From Trypethelium eluteriae (lineage: Eukaryota), in assembly GCA_051942245.1 (NCBI GenBank), contig JAVECL010000137.1, forward strand, positions 1 through 45,081: a stretch of DNA of 45,081 nucleotides, written 5' to 3'. The notes beneath the pieces were generated by a model. It had not been told where the DNA came from, ran no database searches, and was given only the letters and a program-made list of their open reading frames with translations. Below, in pieces: positions 1 to 12,198 of this stretch (position 1 is the first letter of the stretch; every line of letters begins with the position of its first letter). A program made the position numbers and the translations under genes.

Positions 1-599
1 GGTCTGGGAGGTGGTGAGGCCGGCTGAGACACTGCGACCGTCAAGACCCCGGACTCGCGACAACAACCAGACGCGCACCAATGCTTCTGACGCTGCCCCC
101 GTTTGAGCAGCCTCCACGAGCACGCGACGGAGCAATCTCGAATTGACACCCGCACCGTACCCTCAGCGTCTGGCCATGCCAATGCCGTGAACATCTCTTC
201 CGCAAAGACGTGCGTACCCTGCATGCCGCGCTAGGATCTTGAGCTTCGTCCGGAGCTTAATCGTTCCATAGTCAGCCTCCCTGGCCTCCGGGAGGAGCAC
301 AATCCGTCTCACGATGGAATGGCAGAAGTCTTGGTCGATTATAAGTCCCTCGAACCCCGACGTACTCTGAACTAAACTTTCCTCTTCATCTTCCAGTTGT
401 AAGAAACAGTCTTGGGTCGTCTCGTTCTTTGCTTTACCTTCTCTTCTCATAGACCATTCATTGCTCTGTCCCTGGCTGGCCTTGGGTTATTCTTTTACCA
501 CACGTCTCTCATTCTAATTAACTCTGCACCTTCTCTCGAGCTCTCAGCTTGCTGGTCCTTCCTTCGCTATTCCTAAACCCGATCAAAATAATATTCAAT

Positions 600-1615
600 A
601 TGCTTAGCTTAAGCCAAATCATCACCGGCCTCGTTGCCGTCGCTCCCGCTTTGGCGGTCCCAATGGAGTCCACGACCGCAAAGTTGATTGAGAGGAGACA
701 ACAGATGAGCAGTGGTGGACTGACTGACATTGACATTCTGCAATTGTGAGTAGACATCCTTCAGACGGTGTCCAGAGATCCATCGCTAATTCATTACAGC
801 GCTTTGACTGCTGAGCACCTTGAGTCTACCTTCTACAACCAAGGTCTTCAAATGTTCCCTCAATCCGACTTCGCCGCCATTGGTGTCCAGGGCAGCAGCT
901 ACAGCGCCTTGAAGATGGTTGCGCAAACCGAGTCTACCCACGTCACTGCCCTCACCGCTGCCATCAAGGCCGCAGGTGCCCAGCCTGTGCAGGCTTGCCA
1001 GTACAAGTTCGGCTTCACCAACGCCCAAGGTATGGTTGCCACAGCCAACCAGCTCGAAGCCGTCGGTCTCTCCGCCTACCTCGGTGCCGCTCCTCTCATC
1101 AACTCTTCCATGGTTCTCAGCACTGCTGCCACCATCGCCACCGTCGAGGCCCGGCATCAAGCCTTCCTCCGCATCGCAGCCCAGAGCATGCCCGTGCCCA
1201 ACGCCTTCGACACGCCCCTCGGACCCCGCGGTGTCTTCACCATCGCCTCGGCATTCATCACTTCGTGCCCATCTGGCTCCAACCTCAATATCCAGCCCTT
1301 CCCGGCCATCCAGGTCAACAACGCGACTGGCATCAAGACCGGTGAGAGCCTTGTCCTCCAGAACTCGGCTATGCCTGCAGGTGCCTCCAACTGCGGTTTC
1401 ATGAACCAGGGCATGATGATGTTCACCCCGTTGACCAACAACGCCTGTGCTGTGCCACCCAACCTTTCTGGTGATGCCTACATGGTCGTCACCACCTCCC
1501 AGAGCACTTCTGACAGCGCCATCGTTGCTGGGTAAGTCTACCGCCTAGTATCTTCATTCTATTTAGCCAGAAGCTAACATAATTGTACAGCCCATCGCTA
1601 CTCCAATTCTCTTAA
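600..1615 (+). CDS. Secreted ferritin-like (Ferritin_2) domain protein, Rds1-like; exons 600-745, 800-1531, 1591-1615
   Basis: Signal peptide MLSLSQIITGLVAVAPALAVP and an ERR dibasic site. Splicing gives TDIDILQFALTAEHLESTFY...ESTHV...LEAVGLSAYLGAA...VEARHQAFLR, the Rds1/ferritin-like motifs. Both introns are GT-AG with GCTAAT/GCTAAC branch sites. Confidence 0.85.
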
Positions 1616-2718
1616 GCGTGTCGCTTGCTCCTTCGCGGTGGTTTGAAGCGTTAACTTTCCCTTTCGCATATTCCAAGCCGGGTGACGAACAGATCTGGCG
1701 GGTCGACCATCTCCGACTTTATAGGAGGGCGCTTGTTGTATGAAGGTAGCAATGTCATGTCATACTTAAAAGATGTTGCCTCGATGGGTTTTTTTCCGAA
1801 TCTTTATTACATGTAGAGCATTAATCTGGCGTTATCCAAGACTGTTGAAAAGAATACAACTATACAAAAACCCATCCCATCAATTCTCCGAGACTTTGTG
1901 AACACAGTGATCTACTGACAAAAGTCCTTCCATCCCCTGCCTTCCATGCCAGTTAGTGAAGATCTGGAATTGGGACTGCGCATGGGAACTTGGACTTTGG
2001 ACTTTTGAAACCTCCCAGTGGTCCCGACACCTTCCCCTCACGAAATGAGCTCAGGTCCACTCTGCAATTCTCAAACGGTCTCGAACATGGCATGGAACTT
2101 GACATGCATCAGAAGCCTTTAGCCTCGTCGCGAATCTGAAACTCCCCACAGAGCCTGCCGAGGTCCGTGCGTCATGCGTACCTTCGAAATTAGAGATGCG
2201 GCTCTGCGGGAGTTGGCCACCCGAATGACTTTGACGCACATGCCTGTCCCAGCTCTTATCTTTTCTTTCTTCCCTTTCTTCCTGCCTTCATAGTCTGCTT
2301 TCGTCATGTGCCTGGGCTGGACGCTAGTAGAGATCGCAGTAGCCTATGAAGCAAGTGACTGGTGGGCAACTTCTTTGGGGCCCACTGATGGTGCCTTGTC
2401 AACCAAGGCTGACGGTCGAGATTCTCAATCGTTCTTTCTGAGTGGGACTGAACGCAAATGGCTCCGGATTAATTCATCCCAAGACTGCAATTCATCCGAC
2501 TTATGCCAGTCCCCATTAAAATTAAGCCTGGAATTCCAGTGAGGCAGTATCGGTCTTCTGCAGGACAGCACAATCACTAGACACGTAGAATGCAACTTGA
2601 AGCAAAGTCCAAAATTTACTAGGTAGGTTTGACTATGATGAGTACTTTCTATTTACATCATATGCAATAGCCGTCATCTTCGTTCGAGCAAAAATTTCCT
2701 TGCAAGTTCTACCCTAAT

Positions 2719-4245
2719 CTAGAGGGTTATCTTCACTGTCGTCGCCACACTGGGCACACCATTTGCATCCAGTACGAACAGCATCCAATAGCCAGGCAAT
2801 AGCACTCCCGCATCTGTCGGCGTCTTCAGCGTATAGTTGAAGCCTGATGTGCTCGCCGCCGTCAGAGGAACGCGTCTCTGATCGGTGTTAACAGTATGTG
2901 TCGCGCTGCCTATCCGCATCAGTGCAAATGACGACACGGCACCTCCGGTGGTGACCGTGATATTTGCGCCAACCCGGATGGTTGACGCAGAAACGTTTGT
3001 AATTACCGGGCGTGTTGCTTTGGTTGTCCCGTCGGCTTGGAACAGGTACGGTGGAGAGTAGAACTGTCCATCAAAATGGTTCTGTGCGCAGCCATCGCCA
3101 CAAAGACCCCCACCTCCGCTGAATACCGTCCCGTCGGGCATGAGCAGGCCCACGGAGTGATAGTTGCGTGGTGTAGGTCCGACGGCCATTTTTGTGAACT
3201 TGGTAGACACTGGATCCCAAAGCTCGGGAGTGAGCGTCGAATTGGCATCCGAGAAGGGGATAGGGTAGGTTTGACCGCCCACAATAAAGACAGATCCAGA
3301 CGGCAGGATAATAGCGTTCGCAAATGCTCGAGCGTAGTTCATATTGTTGATCGTTGCTACAGATGGCGCTGCTGGTGGTGTGCCGATAGTAATGATGTGT
3401 GCATTACTCGTGGCATAGCTATACTGATAGCTTGGACTACCGCCAAAAGTAGCTATCTTACCGGCGACAGCATCATACATGACTGCATTTCCGTTCATGG
3501 AATCGGGATCGCTAGCGCGCTTCCCAGCTGCGGTTTGCGAACCTGATCCAGAAGTTCCATACCAATTCATAGCTTTGCTCGGCCCAGCTTGGAGGACATA
3601 GCCATTCTTCCATCCAAAAAGCCAACCGTGATTGTCGGTTCGAAAGGCTCCTTGCGCATCTGCAGTGAGCATGGGAGCTACTGGACATCCTTTTAGCAGA
3701 GACCAGGAATTGGTCGACGGGTTGAAGATTTCGCCATTTTTTCCTCCATAGCCACCACTCCACGAGCCGCCGATAGTGAAGATGCGTCCATCGGAACATG
3801 TCGCAGACGATTGATAGCCACGAGGGATATTCATGAGACCACCAGCAGTCCAAGTTTCAGGCGCTGACACGTATATGGTGGTTTTATTCGCTGTGTCACC
3901 TCCAGTAACGGTGATTCTGCCATTGAAATCAATGCTTATGCCAGGGCAAAACATATCATGGCCGGTGTTCGAGATGGTGTACTGGTTGACGGTACCATTC
4001 GAAGGACTGTAGACAGCTGATTGGGTATAGCCTGCCTTGTCCACTTGAAAGGTGCTTGGGGAATAGGCGGACCATACCAGGAGCTCCCCAGTGTCATGCA
4101 GCAGTGCCGTGGCAACAGGTACAATTGGAAATTCGATTGTGGGACCCCATTGGCCCAAACCTGCCGCCGTCACAAGCGTGGAGTAGACAAACGTTGATAA
4201 GGTTACGGTCTTAATGATATCAATAGAAGACATTGTGATAGGCAT
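2719..4245 (-). CDS. Copper radical oxidase AA5_2 (galactose oxidase-like), secreted, kelch plus C-terminal domain, no CBM32; start may be 4233
   Basis: Intronless 508-aa ORF with HDMFCPG (cofactor Cys), RGYQSS (cofactor Tyr), GGSWSGG (stacking Trp), RNYHS (Tyr/His ligands), GGGLC and THTVNTDQRR (His ligand); hydrophobic N-terminus. Confidence 0.93.
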   Translation of the reverse strand: MPITMSSIDIIKTVTLSTFVYSTLVTAAGLGQWGPTIEFPIVPVATALLHDTGELLVWSAYSPSTFQVDKAGYTQSAVYSPSNGTVNQYTISNTGHDMFCPGISIDFNGRITVTGGDTANKTTIYVSAPETWTAGGLMNIPRGYQSSATCSDGRIFTIGGSWSGGYGGKNGEIFNPSTNSWSLLKGCPVAPMLTADAQGAFRTDNHGWLFGWKNGYVLQAGPSKAMNWYGTSGSGSQTAAGKRASDPDSMNGNAVMYDAVAGKIATFGGSPSYQYSYATSNAHIITIGTPPAAPSVATINNMNYARAFANAIILPSGSVFIVGGQTYPIPFSDANSTLTPELWDPVSTKFTKMAVGPTPRNYHSVGLLMPDGTVFSGGGGLCGDGCAQNHFDGQFYSPPYLFQADGTTKATRPVITNVSASTIRVGANITVTTGGAVSSFALMRIGSATHTVNTDQRRVPLTAASTSGFNYTLKTPTDAGVLLPGYWMLFVLDANGVPSVATTVKITL

Positions 4246-4549
4246 TGCGACAAAAATGCTCGAGTAAGAGAGGAAAGCAACCCCTATCCTGCATACTTAC
4301 AATCCGCAGCTCGTCTATTTATACGTCTCTTCGATAAGAGCCCTTCGAAGCTCACAAGTCTCGTCTTGGGGACTTGCTTTGACCCCTGTTATGGTTTGCA
4401 GAGAGAGAACCATACCGGCGAGCTGAACTAAACGACTCCTTCGCTAGGATAAAGCCGATTACACAGTAGCGACTTTTACTGCTGCAGCGAGAACGTGAAG
4501 CTCGAATGCTGACTGGATCGAGCTTCGGCTTTGATCCTTTGGACATTAT

Positions 4550-4565
4550 CGCGCGCGCGCGCGCG
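4550..4565. repeat. (CG)8 dinucleotide run in the divergent AA5_2/PRP46 intergenic region
   Basis: CGCGCGCGCGCGCGCG read directly from the sequence. Confidence 0.9.
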
Positions 4566-5104
4566 GCTGACATGCAATACAGGATGCATTCTTGGAAGCG
4601 AAGATAGAGCCAAAATTAGCGACAAAAAGTCCCGAAGTGGATTCTAGTTCGTCGATGGGACGGCATCTTGCATTGACGTCAGCCACAATTCTTAGAAGGG
4701 CCGTCCGACAAGATTTTACGAGGGCACGGGGTGAGAAAACGGGCCACCAAGCGGGCGGCCAAAGTTTGTACTCCGCAGGCCGACAGACACAGGTTTCTGG
4801 TCGCTGTATGCAGAGTTACAGTCCAGGCTGGCCCAAAAGGAGAATCCTATTGAACAGGCTATGTTCCGATTAGGCTTCCTATCGGAGCGATGTAAAGAAC
4901 GGAGGATGAGGGTGGGCGGACGGGAGCGTGGAGATTCAGGCGTGCAGCGGCCGCGGCATACCGCGGACACGGCAAAACTTCGGGCGGTGAGGTTAATGCG
5001 ATAACGAGGTGATTGCAGAATAACTTTTGCTACGGAATATTTCGTGGAGATCCTTGGCTTAACGTCTCTTCCTTCTCCCGCTGTATCGCTCGCCGCATTT
5101 CGAA

Positions 5105-6613
5105 ATGACTGAAGTTTCGCAAATTTCAGTATCTCCAGCAGCCCGAGAATTAGTGCGCACGTCAACGAAACGAACGAGAGAACTCTTCGCCGCCGACTTG
5201 GGCCTGCCAGCTACCCTCGAGACCTCTCCCGACCACACGTATTCCACCGCGCCTTCAATACCACCACCTCAAGACACTATCGACAAAGTCAGTCTATCTT
5301 GTCGATTTCGGAATGAATATGATAGCGTACGGGAACTACCACCAGCTCTTGCCCAGAAGCAAGCAGACGCGGCGAAGATGGCAGCAGCACGGAGGAAGAA
5401 GGCGAGGACAGGTCAGGAGCAGGGAGAACCGTCAGATGCCAAGGTGACGAGGATGATTGAAGGCATCGAAATTAAAAAGGAGGAGGCAACAAATGGTACC
5501 AGTGCGACATCGACTGCACTCACAGTACGGGCAAGGGGGGAGAAGCTACCACCGAACGCAAACGGGCCTACTCCACAGCGCGACGGGCCTTCATCCAGCC
5601 TAGTCCGGCGAGATGTCGTACGCCAGGTCAAACCACAATGGCACGCGCCCTGGAAACTGATGCGCGTAATATCTGGGCACCTGGGCTGGGTACGCGCCCT
5701 CACCGTCGAGCCCGGCAACCAATGGTTCGCGTCCGGAGCCGGCGACCGCACGATCAAGATCTGGGACCTCGCGTCCGGCACGCTGAAGCTCACACTCACA
5801 GGCCACATCTCGACGGTGCGAGGCCTCGCCGTGTCGCCCCGCCACCCCTATCTCTTCAGCTGCGGCGAGGACAAGAAAGTCAAGTGCTGGGACCTCGAAG
5901 CCAACAAAGTCATCCGCGACTATCACGGCCATCTCAGCGGCGTGTACACGCTCGCCCTGCACCCGACGCTGGACGTGCTGGTCACCGGTGGCCGCGACGG
6001 CGTCGCCCGCGTCTGGGACATGCGCACTCGCAGCAATGTCCACGTCCTCTCTGGCCACACGCAGACTGTCGCCGATGTCAAGTGTCAGGAGGCGGACCCC
6101 CAGGTGCTGTCGGCGTCGCTGGATAGTACGGTGCGGCTGTGGGATCTGGCGGCGGGGAAGACGATGGGCGTGCTGACGCATCATAAGAAGGGGGTGCGCG
6201 CCTTGGCGACGCATCCGCGCGAGTTTACGTTTGCGAGTGGGAGCTCGAATTCGATTAAGCAGTGGAAGTGTCCCGAGGGGGCGCTGATGCAGAATTTCGA
6301 TGGGCACCATGCGATTATTAATGCGCTGGCGGTTAATGAGGATGATGTCATGTTCTCGGGGGGAGATAATGGGACTGTTGGGTTTTGGGATTGGAAGACG
6401 GGGCATATGTTTCAGTCGGTGGATTCCGTGGCGCAGCCGGGGAGTTTGGATGCGGAGGCGGGGATTATGAGCTCGGTATTTGATCGGACGGGGTTGAGGT
6501 TGATTACGGGAGAGGCGGATAAGACCGTGAAGGTGTGGAGGGAGGATGAGAATGCGACGCCGGAGAGCCATCCGTTGGACTGGAAGCCAACGTTGGGGAG
6601 GCAGAAGTTCTGA
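5105..6613 (+). CDS. PRP46: Pre-mRNA splicing factor Prp46/PLRG1 (WD40 repeats)
   Basis: [52 protein letters not shown] and the C-terminal [16 protein letters not shown] are signature Prp46/PLRG1 segments. Confidence 0.95.
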   Translation: MTEVSQISVSPAARELVRTSTKRTRELFAADLGLPATLETSPDHTYSTAPSIPPPQDTIDKVSLSCRFRNEYDSVRELPPALAQKQADAAKMAAARRKKARTGQEQGEPSDAKVTRMIEGIEIKKEEATNGTSATSTALTVRARGEKLPPNANGPTPQRDGPSSSLVRRDVVRQVKPQWHAPWKLMRVISGHLGWVRALTVEPGNQWFASGAGDRTIKIWDLASGTLKLTLTGHISTVRGLAVSPRHPYLFSCGEDKKVKCWDLEANKVIRDYHGHLSGVYTLALHPTLDVLVTGGRDGVARVWDMRTRSNVHVLSGHTQTVADVKCQEADPQVLSASLDSTVRLWDLAAGKTMGVLTHHKKGVRALATHPREFTFASGSSNSIKQWKCPEGALMQNFDGHHAIINALAVNEDDVMFSGGDNGTVGFWDWKTGHMFQSVDSVAQPGSLDAEAGIMSSVFDRTGLRLITGEADKTVKVWREDENATPESHPLDWKPTLGRQKF

Positions 6614-7792
6614 GGGTACGCATAACTGGACATCGCATGATCCACTCAGCGCTGGTAGCCAACATGAAGCAGAAGATTGCGTGCTGGTTCCCTCAGGTTT
6701 CTTGGCAATGTTCTCTGTCTCTAAGGTTAGAAGTACCTCAGGAGTATGATATCCTTGATGTCATTTATCCTGTTTGTGACAATAATAATTACATCCATAG
6801 AGTTCGAACTCCATTGAATTCGTCTCCAACGGATGACCGATATTCAAAACAGTACAAGACGGAAATCTCTGACTGCTAAATCTCAATAGTAGTAAAATAA
6901 TTAGTTGTATACTCCGTAGAGTAAAGGCACTTACGATCGTGCTAGCGTGCCTACCCTACTGTAACTCCGTACTTGCGCGTCTGTGCAACTGCCCGACCAC
7001 GTGCGGCGCTTGGTTTGAGGTTTCCCAACCACCGGTCAATGTTGAGACTTCCTCTCCTACTGTTTCTGGCAACTCTCTCAAGCTTTCTTCCAAAGGCGCC
7101 AGGCAGGGACGATCTCTAACAGGATAATCAATGCGACGATTGCTTGTTTCCACGTGCTATTGGCTGATTTCTGTGTCTGTTCATCAGCCCTGGGGCTCTC
7201 TGAGTGAGATCTTAGGATCTTCTTCATGCCAATGCATTCGATGTATGGAGTAAGCGACTCCAATGATGTTCTATCATCGGCCGGTCTGGCAAGTATGCAA
7301 GGCTGAGCACCGCGTTGTCCGGATGGCACAGCCAAGCATCAAACCCCAGAATTAGTGGCTGGCAAAGCACCACTAAATGCCGATCTGTGAACACCCCTTG
7401 ACCGCGCCTCCAGACATACGTCCCAGTATCAGAAGCAGTTCTCTACTTTAATTTTGTCCTTCAATCGGCTCGCGTCATGCTGCTAGGAGTTCAATACTGG
7501 TCAAAAATCAACATGATAGTCGTACAAGCTAGTTCATTGGAGGGATCATGAGGTACAAAAGAGTGATCGGCAGTTGCATAAATCTTCCCCTACCGGTAAC
7601 CAACTTACTTTGCGGGGAAAAGTACACTGCAGTCATCTTACTTTACATGCCGATCTGGATCTCTTTATTTTTTCCTTTTTGCTCTCCGCAGTTCATGTTC
7701 TTCGTATGCAAAAAGGCCGAGTACCTCCAATTCTTTCGTTTGCACTGCAACCAGCCTCTCGTTGGGGGCTTTCTTGAACTTTCTCCTCAAGT

Positions 7793-9976
7793 ATGGCGGA
7801 TGATGAGCGAGATGTGAAAATCGAGACCGCTCACGAAGAGGTTGAGGGACCGGATGAAAAGCCCCCCATCGTGCGCACAAATTCGCACTTGGATGAGAAT
7901 CATATTAAATTAGGATGGCGATCCTGGATGGCCGTGTTCGTTTCATGCTTCGCGTCAGTGAACAAATCTCAATACGCAAGATGATCCTCGTCTGGTTCTA
8001 ATGTCGAAGCAGCATCATGGCTCAAGTATTCGTGGTTGTCGCTGCCGGCTCTGTCATTGCCTTCATCGTCCGAGATCTTGGAGAGACGTCGATCTCTGGT
8101 TGGATCATCCAAGTAAGTGAGGCATAATTGGCTGTTTTGCGAATGATTAATCTTGTTAGGCTCCTCTCTTAATGCAGGCTGTTCTCTCACCAATAATTGG
8201 CAGACTGTCTGACGTACTCGATCGAAAATGGCTTGCAACTATTCCGCCCTTGATCGCTTTTATCGGGGCCGTTGTTTCCGCGAAAGCTCAATCGATGGCA
8301 GTGCTCATCGGAGGAAGTGTCTTGATTGGAACCACCCTATCGACAATTGCTATTGTTCAAGCTATCCCGTCGGAGGTCCTTCCTTTAAGATATCGTGCTC
8401 TGGCTAATGGTTTCGCCTACATGGGAGGCGCCATCGGAGGATTGTAGGCACTCTGCGATCCTCCATTCTGTTCGCGATTCGGCCAGCTAACCATAAGCAG
8501 AGTCGGCACTTTAGGAGCAGGCGGCGTGACCAACCGCAGCGCATCTGGTTGGCGTGATATCTTCTGGATCCAAGCTGCTTTTCATCTGGCATCATGTCTG
8601 GGACTACTTTTTTGCTATTCTCCTCCGCGTCGCTCAGACTTTCCGAAAATGCCAATCCGAGATTATATCTGGCTCTGTGACCCCATCGGATCATTGTTAT
8701 ACGTTGTTAGTTCAACGCTTATGCTGATGGCTTTGGACTGGGCAGGCGGAGCTTACGCCTGGAGTAATGTCCACGTTGCTGTCCCTCTGTCCATTGGCCT
8801 AGTTCTATTGGTAGCCTTTGGTTTATATGGTCAGTTGTTGCAGCTCTTCCACCGCTGACGTTGCCTGATTGATATGTATCGCACACAGAATGGAAAGGCC
8901 GAAACGATGGCCTCGTTGCCCACGTCTTCTTTGAGAGGAACCACAACTTTGCTCTCTCAGTGTTTGCCTTCGCTGTTGAAGGGTAGTGTATACGTATATG
9001 TATATTCAAGGTTCCGATGGTTAATTGTCTTGCCAGGTGGATCTATTATAGCGCAGTCAACAGCGTCGTTCCTCAAATTATCCTCAATCTTGGCTTCGAG
9101 AGCAGTGCCTGGATCATCTCGATTCGTCAATTGTCCTTCAACCTTCCCATCATATTGATTCCTATTCCCGTTGTGTAAGTGTTCAGGACCCGGTGGATTT
9201 TCTGATTGCTAATCCGTACAGCTGGTATTCCACGAAGTACAAGGATCTAAAATGGCCGCTACTTATCGCCTTTACTTGTTTCATTGTCGTGTGAGTCTCG
9301 ATATGTCTGATTCGATTGCCGCTCCAAGGACACTGATGTGGGACAGCTCCATCTGCTACACCACAATAAATCCAAATCTCAACCACGCCCAGATTGGGTA
9401 TAACGTTATCAGTCAGTCAACTCTAGCCAACTATATTTATATTTACTAACGTATACTGAAGCTGCACTTGGCCAATCTGCTCCGCTCACACTCATTGTGG
9501 CCCTCGTGCAATTCACCGCGCCACATGCCTACCTATCTACCGCGACAGGATTGGCTTTCTCCGCCCGCGCTATAGGTGGAGCTTTCGGAAGCGCAGTTTT
9601 AGACGCCATCATCAACGGCAATATTGCCTCAAACTATCAAGCGAAGGTCTCGAGGGCCGCATTGAGTTCCGGATTACCAGCTTCGTCACTTCCAGCACTT
9701 TTCAAGGCGCTTGCCGCCGGTTCCCCGGAAGCTGTACAAGCTGTCCCGGAGATCAATCCGGGGATAATCGATGCTGTGGAGAATGCAAGCCATTGGGCGT
9801 ATGCGCGCGCGTACAATCTGGCATGGGCTAGCGTGATACCGTTCGTTGTTATTGCCCTGGTTTGCGTGGCGTGTTTGAAGGGAGTGAAAGAATTAATGAC
9901 GGATCATGTGGAAGCGACCGTAGAAAAGACTGACAAGATTAGCGGTGACGTGAGCACGCATTTAGAAAGCCAGTAG
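7793..9976 (+). CDS. MFS drug/metabolite efflux transporter (TRI12-like, 14-TM class), about 10 exons
   Basis: Hydrophobic exons joined by GT-AG introns: GRLSDVLDRKW, IPSEVLPLRYRALANG, WRDIFWIQA, DWAGGAYAWSNVHV, LAFSARAIGGAFGSAV, WAYARAYNLAW. Not every internal boundary was fixed. Confidence 0.85.
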
Positions 9977-10256
9977 GAAGTACAACGATGTTTTCCCAGC
10001 TGAAGAATCCGGAAATTGCCGACGTTTTACTTGCTCCTACCGAGATACGATATCAAGACGGACTTGGTCGTCCCAAACCGTCTAGCAACGGTGAGCGAAC
10101 TTCGCAGTCTTTCGCGCGCTATGTTAGCTCTTGTCTAACACGCAATGTTACTCTCTCCTGAATGAGGCACGGCTCCTACAGCTACATAGTTGCTACAATG
10201 GAGCACGAAGGAACTCACAGCCTATTTCAGGGTATTAGTGACTGGAGTCGCTAGAA

Positions 10257-12198
10257 CTAATTATATACAGATGCAGCACCACCATACTGCGCGGAGATCC
10301 TCTGCGCCGCCATCTCCGCGATCCCCAGAATACTCGTCTGAAGATGCGCCCCGATGATGATAGGCATGATACTCGCATCCACAACCCGCAAGTTCGCTGT
10401 CCCGTATACTTTCAAATTGGGATCCACCACTCCGCCATCCTCAAGCGGCAGCATTGCGCATGTGCCCAATGGGTGGTAGATACTGACGGCAGTGTCAAGA
10501 ACATAGTTCCGCCAGTCTGCATCCGTGGTGACGTTATTGAGGCCGGGTTCATATTCTTCGGTCCAGGCGCCTGCGAGAGGCATTGTCTGTGCTATCTGGC
10601 GATTCTTCTTAGCTGCAGCAACCAAAGCCTGGATATCGTATTCGTTGGATAAATAGTTCGGATCGATCGCGGGAGCCGAGTCGATCGAGGCCGAATTGAT
10701 GTGCACTGAGCCGCGGGAGAATGGATGTAAAACCGCGGAGATCAAGCTGAAGGTGTTGATGCCGTATTCGGCGGAGGTATTGGCTGGGTAGCCTTTGGTA
10801 CCAGTGTAGCCGTCCGAAAAGATAGTTTCAAGTTCTGGAATGATGCTGCTGGAATCGGGAGTCAGGTACTGGAGTTTGTACTTGTCGATAGGGGACGAAG
10901 CATTGGCGGCTTGTTGTGCCAAGCTGATAAGTGAGCTAGAAGCATTACCAAGCGCCTGCTGCCACGAGATGAACTGGTACCCCGAGCCTGTGTAATCGTA
11001 TTCCGAAACCTGGCCAGCTTCGTAAAGGGCCATTTGCTCAGCTGCGTACGTTGCGTTATATTTCAATGCATCGAAGGAGGTGTAATTAGGCTTCAAAATG
11101 TAAGAGCTTTGGACGCGAAGGTGGTCCTGTAAGTTCTCCCCAACTCCGGGAAGGTTCAGCACTGATGGAACTCCTGCAGCTTGAAGAACAGCTTCCTGGC
11201 CGATTCCGGACACCTCCAAAAGACCTGGGCTTTGGATCGAACCCGCAGATAGGATGACCTCCTTTGTTGTGCCGATAACCGTCCCATCTTCCAATGTGAC
11301 CCCGGTAGCCCTTATTGAGCCGTTCATAGGCTGGAAATTGATCTTAGCAACTCGCGTGCTTTCCATGACGGAAAGATTGGGCCCAGCAATTGGAAGATAA
11401 GCATTTGCGGAATATGACCTTGTATAATTGCTCGGGTCAACATTGCTGGGCTGATCCATAATGCCAATTGGGTTACCCCCCAAAGAGTTCAGATTGTTGG
11501 GCACACCAAGATTTTGTCCAGTTGGAATCCAGTAGCTTTGCTGTGCAGGCATGACACGATTGATGACACTGTGGATAGGGCCATTGCTTCCAACGCCGGC
11601 GGAGCCATAGGTAGAAGTGTCAGCGCCCGTGAAGGTCTCGACCTTCAGCATGCTGTCAATCATCGTGGACCAGTTCCATCCTGGATTACCCAACTCTTGC
11701 CAAACATCATACTCTGCTGCACTTGCTCGATCCCAAGTCATCAAATTCAAAGCCTGGCTACCTCCAAGGACTTTGCCGCGTGTTGTCGGCAGCACACGGT
11801 TGTTGACATTTGATTGCGGAACAGTCGTGAAGTTCCAGTCATACGGTCCACCGATGGTAGATCCTTTCAAGCCAGGGATGTTAATCTTAGGCTCCGTGAG
11901 GGCCGCCGGACCAGCTTCGATCACGAGAATGCGGTCTTGGGAGAGATCCTGACTAAGGCGCGTCGCTAATGCTAGACCGGCAGTACCACCACCCACGATA
12001 ATCTATGTTATGCTCTCAGAATCGACGAGTTGATACTAGACAGGGAAAGATACATACGAAATCATAATTCGTCAAACAATTAATACTAGTGACTGTTGAA
12101 GCATGAGCCGATGTCTGGGATAGGAAGAGCGCAAATAGAATAAAGACGAAGAATTGAAGGCTTGAAACCAAATTTGCACCCCATACGAAGAATGCCAT
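10257..12198 (-). CDS. Secreted GMC oxidoreductase (CAZy AA3_2-like); exons 12198-12058, 12002-10257
   Basis: Signal peptide, spliced YDFIIVGGGTAG FAD-binding motif, RGKVLGGS, EVILSAGSIQSP, GVGENLQDH, catalytic YHPLGT...GAHLQ His/His pair, NLRVVDAS. Confidence 0.92.

Noticed and set aside
163..450. 95-aa minus-strand ORF
   Set aside because: No motif, and it lies in the pyrimidine-rich promoter of the Rds1-like gene.
5600..6571. 323-aa antisense ORF inside PRP46
   Set aside because: Shadow ORF arising from GC-rich codon bias of a conserved gene; Arg/His/Pro-rich with no motif.
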